A DNA stretch of 64,000 bases from Asterias rubens (taxonomy: Eukaryota): NCBI RefSeq assembly GCF_902459465.1, contig NC_047074.1:12524001-12588000 (forward strand). The letters run 5' to 3'. Below are positions 1-12,800 of this stretch, piece after piece. The notes beneath the pieces were generated by a model, which had not been told where the DNA came from, searched no databases, and saw nothing but the letters and a program-made list of their open reading frames with translations. Both the position numbers and the translations under genes were made by a program. Each line of letters opens with the position of its first letter. Position 1 is the stretch's first letter.

Positions 1-814
1 GCAAGAGAATAACGAAAGAAAACACCTCCTTGTTGCACAAAATGTGTGTGCTTTCAGATGCCTAAAGTCTTTTATTATTTGAGTGACAAATTACTTCTTT
101 CTCAAAAACTTTGTTACTTCAGAGGGAGCCATTTCTCAACATGTTTTATACTATCAACAGCTCTCCATTGCTCGTTAGCAAGTAAGGTTTTATGCTAACA
201 ATCATTTTAAGTAACTAACAACAGTGTCCAGTGCCTTTAAGGTGAGTGTCGTCTAAGAATCAAGCTACAAATAGTCATAGACACACTGAACAGGAAGTTT
301 GCATTTGATAAATTCCCTTTAGATTCCAAATTCCTGTTAGTGCCCTGCATTTTTCTGAGACAAATCTCACCAGAAGCAAGTGTAAACTGAAACTGCTGTA
401 CGCTGTACACACTGTACCAGAAAAATACCAGAAAAATACATTTACTTGTTCTGCTTACCAAATGACTTTGTTGCTAAGTAAATTAGCCCCTTTTTTAAAT
501 CACACTCACAATGGGAGACTTCGGGGACTAGGCATCTCTACTTTATCATTTTTGATTTTTTGTTTACAGATGTTTTTTTCAAACAGATTTTTTTCTTCAG
601 ATTTAGTCTTTTCTACAACTGACTTAATTTGTTTAAGTGGGCGTGGGTTAGTGGATCAGTCTATTCCACAAAAGGTGAAGGTCTTTACCTGTTCCATTGA
701 GGGGTAACAAATGATCCATGGAGAGACAACCAATGAGTTATGTTGCTAGGCAACAGCTACAGCGGGAGGGGCTTAGTGGATCAGTCCATTATAGAAAAAG
801 GTGATGTTTCTTAC

Positions 815-3800
815 CTGTTCCATGGAGGGGCAACCAATGATTTGCTGATCCTCCTCCGTGTAGTTCTCCTTGACGATGGCTTCTAGCTGCTGGTAAGCTT
901 GCTGGATGTTTCCCTGCCGTTAAAAAAAACCAAAAAATCTTGAAGTAAAGTACGAATAGTTCAAGGCCCAATTCAAGCTGTCTTGGCCACAGGTGTTGAA
1001 GGCACTGCAGACTTGAAGCGTGGATGGTCAGAAAATTTTGCTTGATAACTGTCTGCTAAGCAAAAATGAGCAGGATATCAGTCACAAACTCAATATGTGA
1101 CTTGGTAGTTTGGTTGGTAACCAGATTCTGGTAAGCATAATTTTGTTGTGCTTAGCAACTTTTTGTGTTAGAATTAGGACCTGGCCGGAAGGTATAAGGA
1201 AGTTAAGAGTGCTAGTGGTTAGCGAGTTTGAGCTATGCACAGCTATGCGTTGTGTAAAGATCGATTCTATTAGGAACTTTACATAGGACGAAAATGAAAA
1301 TGTTGATTATTGAAAAGACTGCCGTTTTTAATGCACAACTAAATGCACAACGACTCGCTGTGCAAAGATGGTGTATACTATTACAAACTAAACATACATG
1401 TAAGATGAAAATGTTAATCATGATTGTTATGATGGGACCTTCATAAAAACTGTGACATTGTGGGGGCTTTGATTAAACGCATAACGCAATCAGTTACAAA
1501 TGCACATTTTTTGTTTACTTCTTCTATTTAAAAATGTATTAACAGGTCATAAGAAATGGGGCCGTTTTTTTATTTTTCTGGTCAACGCAGGAAGTGGCCA
1601 ACATTCAAATGAGGCGTCACTTGGGAGTAAACCGTAGGCTCGTACATTATGCATTTCCTATTAAAAATACCGGCCATTGATTAGCAACGAATTAATATTT
1701 AAAGGTAGCAAATTATTTCTTTCTTTCATTAAAAATGCCTGCCCTTGATAAGCAACGAACTAATATTTAAAGGTAGCAAATTATTTGTTTCTTTCATAAA
1801 ATTGTTTTACTAATTTCTCAAAAACAACAGAGAAGCTTTTTACCAATATTATGTTCAAACCGTGTAAGTTTAAAAGTTTAATGTAATTCTGTGGAATTTT
1901 TAAGAAGAAGCTATAAATAAATTGTAACCTTGCGGGTACAACCATGTGTTAATCTCTTTTGTTGGAGTGTTGGCTCTGAAAAGTGCAGGTGTGTTCTTGA
2001 TGCTACGAACAGTATACTCTGCTCGTCTATAGGAAGAAAGAACTTGTGTCTTGTGTCGTAAAAAAAAGTACCCAACCCCTTTAAAGGAGACCTACCTTGA
2101 CGGGTCTGAAGAGTATATACTCCGTGTCTTTATTGGCCAAGTAGAGAGACATACTCCGGAACATTGCTGGTAACCTGGACTTCACCTGCCTATAGGTGGC
2201 GCCAACCACCTCATGAACTTTCTCTGAAAATAAAAGACACAATGAAAGGGTGTGTTCTTTGCCAAAGTGGCAAGTTTATATTGCAGTAATTCAACATAAA
2301 ATGGTTGCGGTAGCCGCTGCTAATATATAACCTCGTTCGTACAGTGTTTCTGAACTAAGCCACATTTTAAGACTTCAAATTTGTGAACTGAATCTCCTTT
2401 GGAGAATCTTAAGGTCTTCTCTTCAAAAACAGAACTGAGTGAAGCTCTAAACATTTGTTAATCCAGACGATGGACACCGAGCTCCTCCACACGATTTTTC
2501 CAAAATATTTTCAAAATAAAAACCAAAAAAGTACCTGCAGTTGCGAATGGTTGTTTCCTGAGAGATGCTTGCGGTGCTTCGTCTTGTTTGTTCATGCTGG
2601 TGATGACGGTTGCCTGGAAAGTAAACAAAGAATGTAACATTAATCAATCCCTGCTCCTGAGGAGATTTACCAACAAATTAAACCACTGGGTTTGTCTTTA
2701 AGTTTAGTAATAATAATAATAATTTATTCATTTATATTGCGCCCATTCAATAAAATGTACACAAGGACATAACAAAATAATTATAAAAATATCAAAAATT
2801 TACAACAGGAAAAAGTGAGGAAAATATACAGTAATCCATACAAAAGAAAATACAAGAACCTTACAGGACTATCCAAAGAGTAAAATTGCATAACATTAAG
2901 ACAGTAAACCCAAATAACTTAGTAAAGGACTTGTATGCAAGTCACCATACACATAAGGCCTGAAGGCCACTTCAAGGTATGGGCCATATTTTTGACCGCG
3001 TGAGAGCGCTCTCAATCACTTCCGGGGGTATATTCATTCATACCCAAAACAGTTATTAAAGATTGGAACACATAACCACCACAGACATCTAATCCATCAC
3101 GGCCAATAAGACTTTTAAAGGAGCCGTTATAATCCACCTCTAAAACAAATTGAAACTACGGCGCAACACTAGTGACAGAACGCCTATTAATCTGTGCAGG
3201 GCGAATCGCGTATACCCCCGGAAGTGATAAAAGTACTATTTATAGCACCCTCGCGCATTGGGGTACAATCAACTATTTTTCCATGGGCCATTGCCACCTA
3301 CTCCTGGTCCTGAAACAGGGTTACCCCTATAGACCGTTCAAATATCTGCCCTACAAGATGGCGTCTGTGCGTGTGTACGTGGGTGTGTGCGTGCATGTGC
3401 CGTAGAAATCTAACCGGGACCGTGCGTGCTGCGTGCTTCATTGATGTACGCATTTGGACGCGCATACGGTTTGACATACAAGATGGCGACTTTTATAGCA
3501 AAAAAAGGGCTAATTCAATGCGGTCTATACAGTCCATACGAATGTAGGCTTGGGTATCATCCATCAGAAGCCTGGCTGGTAGAGCTGAAAGCACTACCTC
3601 CCCAACTTTTACAAAGCAACCATGGTTAAGCGTCTTGCTTAAGGACACAAGTGTAACAACCGGGACGCGAACCCCCCCACTCCAACTGATGTTAATTGCA
3701 GGGAGGCATATATCATTTAAGTCCCCAATAAAATGATATTGAGAGGCCAGAAAGTAGGAGGGTTGACCCTGTACCGTGATTAAACTGCAGACTTGCATAG

Positions 3801-6800
3801 TTTCACGTTAACAAGAATAACAAAACTAACCTTAGTAAGGAATGAGTAGAGTTCTGATACGAGGGAGTCCGCGACGAGCTTGATGAATCTCTCACACGTC
3901 TTCTTCAGTTGCGTATCCACGTCTTTCTTAGAGTCAAGAAAATGCTCGGTGACGTTGGGGGCGCCCTTTCAAGAGAGCAAAAAGGTAAACAAGCTAAATG
4001 GGAGACTTTCTGGGACGATAGAGGGCAGCAGACTTACCGGGTAAATCCATTGTTCTCAGAATTATGCGCATGTTCAGAACTACGTAAACAATGGAAATTT
4101 ACCCGGTATGTCTGCTGCCACCTAGCGTTGGAAAGTCTCCCATTAAAGTTGGTCAATATAATCTTTACACTGAAGAACAAAGTAATGCCTCAAATGAACC
4201 AGGGAGCTGCTAAGCATAAAAGTTTGCTAAGCATGAAATTTCTTCCTTGATGAAAACAGGATTACCAACCAAATTTCCACGTGATTTTCAGGATAAGCAA
4301 ACAACAGCTGAATATCAGTAACAAGCAATATGCAACAAATAGAAATTTGGTTGGTAATCCTATTTTTATCAAGAAAGAAATTTCATTTTTTTGTGCTTTA
4401 GCAGCTCTATGAAATTGGGCCCTGATGCTGTAGGTCTCCACATTGGTAGTTTTCTAAAAAGATGAAAGTTCATCTGGGTTTTTGGAGCACATACACGAGG
4501 CCGAGAATAGAAATAAGTGAAGTGTCATGAGACCAGGCACAAGGACAGTGATTGTTATTGCTTCTCTGCACACAGGAGTACAACTTTTGTTAAGACACTG
4601 AATCTGACCGTAAAATGTCAAGAAATTCTATAGTTTGACTTCTCAACCTAGGTATAAGTGACAAGTTTTGTATAATATGTGAAATTAGAATTCACTGTTG
4701 CAAACTGCTTACCAACCAAAAATACCTTAAATGCACAAAATAGTTAATGGCCTGACGTCTTCACCCTAGCAGCGTCTTTCTTTAAAAAGGCTAAATGAGC
4801 CTTCGACCCTAGCAGACTCTTTCTCGAAGGTCATCCTTCGAAACTGACTCTTTAAGGGTTGAAACGTCAATCCATTCACTTTTTTTTTAGGTTCTGTCTA
4901 TAAAGCCAGAATTATGCAAAAATTTTATTTATGGGTTGATTTTAAGAAAATAATTTTTGTTTTTATGTCGATGGCGGGAAAGTAGTCAATCTTTTTTTTT
5001 TTTTACCTCAAAGAGAAATTCCAGGAATGCATTGTTAGTGTTGAATGAGAGCATCCGTGACCGCTTCCCAAGGAAACTGTAGGCTGCCACTAAATCGGAC
5101 AAACCAACAGTCGGAAACAAATGATTATTACAAATCAAAGAAGCTCTTGTCTACATATGGTTCTGAAGACTAATTTTAAATTAAAATTAGATAAGATGAC
5201 TGTACCTCAATACAAACAACATTTTGTAAAATTTAATTCATTATACTAATATCAAATTAAAAAACAAGTTTGATTTTGACATATCTATGCAAACAGAAGA
5301 ATAATAATAACAGTTATAACAATAATTATAGTAATAATGATAAAAAATATATATATTTATATAGTGTCTTACACTAGGCCTTACAACACTTAACACACAC
5401 ACAAAAATAAATGTTTAAGGCAAAAAGGAACCCATAATACAGAGAATACAATTATAAAACCACATAGAATAAAATGAATACTAAAACAAAACAAAACCAA
5501 AAAGGAGCAAAATAGGCTAACACAATAACAAAAGAAGAGAAAATCTAGGATAGAGAAGCAATCATGGTAAGTACCATGCTCTTAAGGACACAAGTGTCAT
5601 GACCGGGAATCAAATCCACCCTCTGATGATTCTGTTTATTCTGTTAGTATCTATCTAGGGATTTTGTTTTGAAAGGCAGTGGACACTGTTGGTAGATTTA
5701 GAATTTGAGGTCTCGACATCAAGCATCTGAAAACACATGGTGCGACAAGGGTGTGTTTTTTTTCTTTCATTATAATCTCGCAACTTCGACGAAATGATTG
5801 AGCTGAAATTTTCACAGGTCGAGTCTTTGAAAATTATTGTATTTTTTTCTAATATTATTACTTTTACATTAGAACTTGCGCCCGATGCAGTAGACCGCTC
5901 GGCCAAGACAAATAACAAGAATAGATGAAATATAAATCAGATATTACATTTATAAATGATATCAATATATCAATTTTGAGTGGTGTGGGGGGGGGGGGGG
6001 GGGGTCACTCAATCAGGATGTGGGATCCTTCTATACAAGTAAATGGGGTAATAAAGGCACTGTACAAACAAAATGAAAAACAAGCATTATCATTATTATA
6101 GTGATCAAAATCAAGCACATTAAAATCAATGAAATTCAAACAGCAAATGACTTTATATATCAGAAACACAATGTCATAGAAACAAGTAAATGTACAACAA
6201 ATGCAAATCAAATGGCAAACAAGTTCAGGAAAAAACCCATAACCATACTCAGAAAACAAGCATTATCATGTTTCATTCAAAATCCAGCACATTAAATCAA
6301 TGGGAAATCAAACGGCAAATGACTTCATAAATATCCGAAACACAAGGTCAAAAGAACATGGCAATGTACAACAAATGCAAATCAAATCCCAAATCTCTTC
6401 ACAAAAACCAAAATCCTAAAAGTTTATAATGTAGAAAAAAAGATGAAGGGATGGTACAACACATGAAAAGCAAACAACAAATCTCTTTTGAAATATAGCA
6501 AAAAAAAAGGTTGGAAACCCATGTGTCAGCCATGCATAGTGCAAAACGTGCAATGGGGTCATTCCGTGTCAAATCACCCAATGGTTAAACCCTACCCTCT
6601 TCAAATTTGCTCAAATTTGGTTTATGGGATAATCGTGGCTCAACAAGCTCAAGTTTCAAATTTCAGCGTGAAAACCGTTTATCGGATGGAGCTGAACTTT
6701 TTTTTGGGGGGGGGGGGGGGTGATTTGATACGGAATGACCCAATGCCCAAATTGGCCTCCAAGATGAAGTTCCAAAAGTAAAGGCCAATTTCAACTCATA

Positions 6801-9800
6801 GGTTCATTCCCGTTTTACCATGTTGACAGGTACGATATTTGGTCCTTGGAAAAAAGTATGACAATTTTCACGAGTACAAGGGCTGACCTAAATTTGGTGT
6901 AGGCTTTACTAGACTTTTCAGGCCTTATTAATACAACAAAAATCTGATTTTTATCCAAGGGCAAAACAAAAATTAGAAAGCATAAACTGACCTTTCATCG
7001 TTGAGAAATCAAGTGCCGTTTCCTTGATTGAGAACTCTACTTGGAACGGAGCGATCTGCTCCCTCAAGATCAGAAGATGCTTAATGAGAAACAGCAACCC
7101 ATCCAGCTCAGTCTTAAGAAAGATTGAAAGAAAGAAACATTGTTTTATCTCAAATCCTTTTCCTCGAAGAGCACTAGTGCCTGATGACTAGGGATCTAAT
7201 TGTTACACTATTTCAAGTTATAAACCACAAGAAAATCTGATTAACACACCCGAGCTCCACCAAGTGAGCTATCCAGCCCTATGTTGGCGGTCTCTTTATA
7301 GGTCAATATTTTTGTTAGGGGGTGGCATAGTTTTTTTAAAATATCAACAAAGTAACAAACCACAAGGGAAACTGACAGGATAAATTTAAAATAATGTTGG
7401 GTTGAACTAAGACAAATTGACTAGAGCGGAATTTGAACCTGGGACCTCTGAATTTACCTTGCGTTTCTGGATGCCTATTTCAGCTACAACCAAACTCTGT
7501 ATACAGGATAGCAGTGTCTCTTGCGATAGACCTTGGAAAATTGCTTTCTGCAAAACACCAAACATTAAATTTAAAAAAACACATTTACAAGAAAAACTTA
7601 AGTTAGCTAAAAACTAAGACGACGACTAGATCAAGCTACTAAAAATGCTGAGGCCACTTTAAAAACTCACTCTTCAGCAGTGTAGTAAATAACGAGAAGT
7701 CCCCTCGATCCACTAAGCGAAAGTAGTAGTCCAAGCTGATTTCATACCTTCCGCCAAGGTAGTAGTTAATAAGCCAAACATGTTTTTTTTTATAACTATG
7801 TAGTCACCCAATTCCCCAAACTCTACTTCGCGGCAGTAGAAAGGTCTCCCGAATTCCGAAAAAATCTACTCAGTGGCAGTAAAATACACAGCAAGACAAG
7901 TTCTCACAAGAATTTGCTATATAGTCTACTGCCACAGAACTCAAGTTTGTTAGATAGATATTTTTATTTCAACATAAATTTCCCTTGTACCTTCAAACTA
8001 TGTACTCACATCAATACACCTGTATAACTTAGAGAGACTATCCTCAAACTATGTACTCACATCAATACACCTGTATAACTTAGAGAGACACACTAGCGTC
8101 CTCCTAACAGTTGGGTACCACATCCCGTGGAGGTCTGCGGGTGAAAGGTTCGTTGAATGTTGGATCATCTGACTGCTGCTCCGACCTTCAGAACCACCAA
8201 AAAAAAAAAATAATAAATAAAATACATCATAAATACACCAGATGGGAAAACCAGAGACTGAACAATTTAAGAAGTAACAGGTCTGACCTACATGTTTTGT
8301 AACACATGTAAAAGAACCCAGTGCACGAAAAGAGCAGGTGTTCGCCCCGGTGTTCTGCTAAATGAGCTGTAGCACCTTGTAAACCCTTTAAAAGTGCTAC
8401 ATAAGTGGGTCTCAGAATTCATAACTTCAATAACCTATCTTTTCTGTATAAATGTATACTAAGCGCTGTGAGTACCTTGTAGGAAGATATGTATAAGACT
8501 GTAAGATATTATAATGAAAAGGGTAGATGGCCTTAGCTTTCGATCCAATCCGGACCTTCTTCAGAGGCATAAAACAAGTACAAACAAATACATATCCATT
8601 TATAGAAAAAGAGAGGGGGAAAGGGATTAAGGAAAGGATCCAGAAAGAAGCGGGAAAGTAACAGCCAATCAAAGTTTCTATTTCAGACACAATATTGGTG
8701 GCTATGAACCAATAGGAGTGAAGTGGCGAGGACAAAGGATGTTTAGAATGAAAGGAAGGGTTACAGGACCATAAAAGTGGTAAATGTATTAAGACTGTAA
8801 GATATTATTATATTTTCCATGTGTTGGGGCTCTAAGGTGTCTAGCATTGGTGTTCAGGTGGGATGAACAGCCTCTTTTTCCCAACATGTGAGCCAATGTA
8901 AGGTTTGCTTCATTTCAAGCCCCTTTTTACACTACCCCGGGGGAAACCCTGAAGAGTAGCAGCCAGCCTTTTCACACTGTGACCCCTTTACCCCCGGTCT
9001 GCCCAGCAAATGAGCATACCCTGGGAATAGCAACCCCTACTCTGTAGTAAGCAGTAAAACCCCAGGGGAATTCTTGAAACGTGCAACTGGAACTCCATGG
9101 AATAGGGATACAGTGTGAACGTGCCTCGGGGGTAACAGTGGGGTAAAACAGTCCAGGGGCCTCCCTAGGGATAAAAGAAACTGTGTGAAAACCATACAGT
9201 TATATATAAGAACTAGAGGGCGCATTGGTGATGCTGCATGCACAAACGCGACGGGACTGCAAGTGGACATGCACGCCATTTTGTAAAATGAACGTTGTAC
9301 GTGGGTTGACCGTGAAATACGCGTCGTGGGTGTTGATAAATACACGGTATGCGATGCTGTTTTGTCAACTTGCAAAATGGCCGCATATGCATGCATGCCG
9401 GGCCGCGTATATAGACCAGTGCGCCCTCTAGTTCTTATATATAACTCTATGGTGTTAACTCACTGAGTGATCGTTGAGGAGTGGCTCCATTGACGTTCTC
9501 CTGCTGTGCTGGTTGGTCTCCTTGAGGAGGGGAGGCCGGGTCTATCCCGCTAAGTGCTGCCACCTCCTGGCTGGTGGCGGACCCCAAGGAGGAAGCAGAG
9601 CTCCTCCTGGACAGCACCTTCTCCCGTTCCTTCTCTTTGATGCTCTCTGAGATGCTCTGAGGATTCAAAGGAGATTCACACAAAAAGAAGTTATTAAGTT
9701 TATTTAAAGATTTTTGAGATGACAGAGCAGTCATTTTGGCTCAGTGTTTTCTGTCCCCGCCTTTCACCTCTGTGGACCCTGGTCGATACCATACCCGGAG

Positions 9801-12800
9801 CTTTGCATGTGGATTTGGTTTTTCACTCCCTACCTTGCTGCATGGTTTCTCACTCTAGGGGTTTTTCTTCGACTTATTAAACTTTGTTCATTGTTTTCTT
9901 TACCAAAAAGTCCGAGTGATGTTTCCATTGGGATGCTTTGTCGAATATATAATTCAGATTCAGACATAAAGTGATTTTGCACAAACGCTTCTGTGCTTAC
10001 TGTATCAAACATTTCTTAAATCTATTCACACACAACACATCCCTTACCTCCATCATTTCTAGTTTTTCTGGATAGGCTAGATCTCCTGGTGCAGGTTTAT
10101 AGGCTAGAATGTCTGTCTGAACGTAGATGCTTGCTCGATACACAAGGCGTTCTTGAACATCCTCCAACATCTGACGATTCACCATCTCAAAAGCTTTCAG
10201 TTCGTCAGCTGTTTATCAAAATAGCAACCACATTATTATCCATGTTATGGCAGCTTTTAAATTCTGATAAAAATTGCCGAAAAGCTTTAGCAGAATGGGA
10301 TTTGTATACAATGTTCTCTTTGAAAACTGACCCATTAAATGGCAACTGGCTACTGATGTTTTGGTGGCATCAGTTGAATACAGTAACTTGGTGGCAGCAG
10401 TGGGATATACATATTTTGGTGGTAGCAATGGGATATACAAATTTTTGTGGCAGAGATAAGATATGAATGATTACTCACGGTTGGTCTGGACATGGTCTTG
10501 AAGCATCTCAATTTTAAGGATACTGCAGAGCTCAGCTAATGTCTCAAGGTGATTAATATGAATGATCAGTGGTCTTAAGACGTCGTATAGACTCATGCAT
10601 AGACCCTCCAGCATGGCGCTAGGAATAAAAGAACAAAATCTGCTCTTACCCAAATATCTGACTTATGTGTATCAACATTCATTAAAGTCTTGTGTCTTAC
10701 TGGTTGATGTACTTTAAGAATAAAAAGTTTGACTTTACGAGTAATACAAAATCTTGTTTTACTTACTCCAGCTTGTCAGTTTGCCTTGAGAAAAAATGGA
10801 AAAACAACTGATATTCGTCCTCACACACATGGACCATGAATGCACAACCGCTACGCACCTGCAACGGAAACACATTAACTCATGTTTAAAAATGGTCTGA
10901 AGAAAGAATACAAAGACAAATGATCAACTTTATTGCAAAGCATATCAAACATAGTTTTTCTGGATTTGCAAAGGACATGTTTCCTGTTCACTTAAACTAG
11001 CTCCCAAGAAAACCAGAAGATTATGGGAAATATATTTTGCTGGTTTTTCTTTGAGGGTTTATGTGTTCACAAAATGCTTTTGGATTGTTTTTCAGAATAT
11101 ATTTTGCAAAGAATCAAGTTTTTTGCCAGCAAGATTATTGTTGGTAAACAAATAAATAAAAAAAAGCAAATTTTAGAGAATTTTAAAATCTGAAATGAAA
11201 ACAAAAGATGGTATTTTAATGTTAAAAAGTCGGAGTTCCGACCAAAGACAGAAGAATCTCATCCCCCCTGCATTGTATAAAAATTACAAACAAACAGTTC
11301 ATTTGCTTTAGAAACAAAAAGTAGCCAAAAACCTTGTTCATGTTTGTGACTTTATGACTTTGTAACAACTTACCAGCGCACAGTGGTCTCTGATGTGCTT
11401 AGCAGCCAACTCTTTGACGGCTGCTGTGATGCTTGGTGCTAGAAGCTGATGACGTTTCGCTAGATAAAAATTATGGCAGTCGTCTAGTAATGTCTGGTAC
11501 CTGATATCAACAAAAACCAACCTCTTATTAAAACCTTTTGAACCTCTGTTCCTTGGACCGGTACCGATTCAGAAATTGAATTAAAATGTTGCTTTGTGTC
11601 TTTAATAACTTTCAAATATATATCACCAATCTTATTTTGAAATTTAGAAAAACAAAAGAATTAAATAATTTTGCCAACGATTTGGTCAACTCACTCTGGG
11701 CTCTTGTCCAGCCTCAACTCGATCTGTTCCATCATTCCTTTTACCTTAGGCGCGTTACTCCGAAATTTACCATAAAATAGAGTGAAGGCATTATCAGAGG
11801 GTGCTACAGGGGATTCCTGGTAAGTGAAAATAAAATAAATAGTCAGGTTTTAGAATATACAGAGATTAATAGAAGAATGGAAGCTTATAAATACAGAATT
11901 GTCAAAGGCACATCAGCCGATTTCACAAATTAGGACAAATCACCCGTCCTAACTTAGGATGGGTTCAATGCATCCTAACGTCTTCGGATACGGAACTGAA
12001 CCCGTCCTAAGTCCTCAGATTAATCCTAAGGACCTATTGCCCCAAAGAGTGGAAGTTCTGGGATGATGAAGCATCATGAACTCATTAGAATGCAGTTGGT
12101 GTGTGCTGAGGTGTATGGGTGAATGAGGTCGAATTTTTGTCAGCATTACCAATCCTGTATAATGATTTTAACTGAATTAGCAGACATATACAAATTATAA
12201 GAAATTTAATACTTCACTTAAAGGCAGTGGACACTGTTGGTAATTGTCAAAGACTAGCCTTCACAGTTGGTGTATCTCAACATATGCATAAAATAACTAA
12301 CCTGTGAAAATTTGAGCTCGATCGATCATCAAAGTTGCGAGATAATAATGAAAGAAGAAAACACCCTAGTCACACGAAGTTGTGTGCGTTTAGATGGTTG
12401 ATTTCGAGACCTCAAGTTCTAAATCTGAGGTCTCGAAATCAAATTCGTTGAAAATTACTTCTTTCTCGAAAACTATGGCACTTCAGAGGGAGCCGTTTCT
12501 CACAATGTTTTATACCATCAACCTGTCCCCATTACTCGTCACCAAGAAAGGTTTTATGCTAATAATTATTTTGAGTAACTACCAATAGTGTCCACTGCCT
12601 TTAAAGAAAAAGTAGAGTGCGATTAGAGAAATGTCCTTGTCTGGTACCCTACCTTGGTTGGCACAACCTGCTGTGTGGCGTTATGTAGAATGTTAAAAAC
12701 AGAGGACCTGACTACAGTTAAGGCTTTGGAGAGGCAGTGCTTGAACTTCGCCTGGTAAACTTCAGTCTCCTTATACTGGGGCTGTACAGAAAAGAAAAAG

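Noticed and set aside
237-461. Candidate COG3 terminal exon
   Set aside because: The best acceptor (tttgtag near 266) gives only LDS* in phase 0. The frame reading SLILRRHSP has no nearby phase-0 acceptor. The real last exon may be left of the window, so it is left unassigned.
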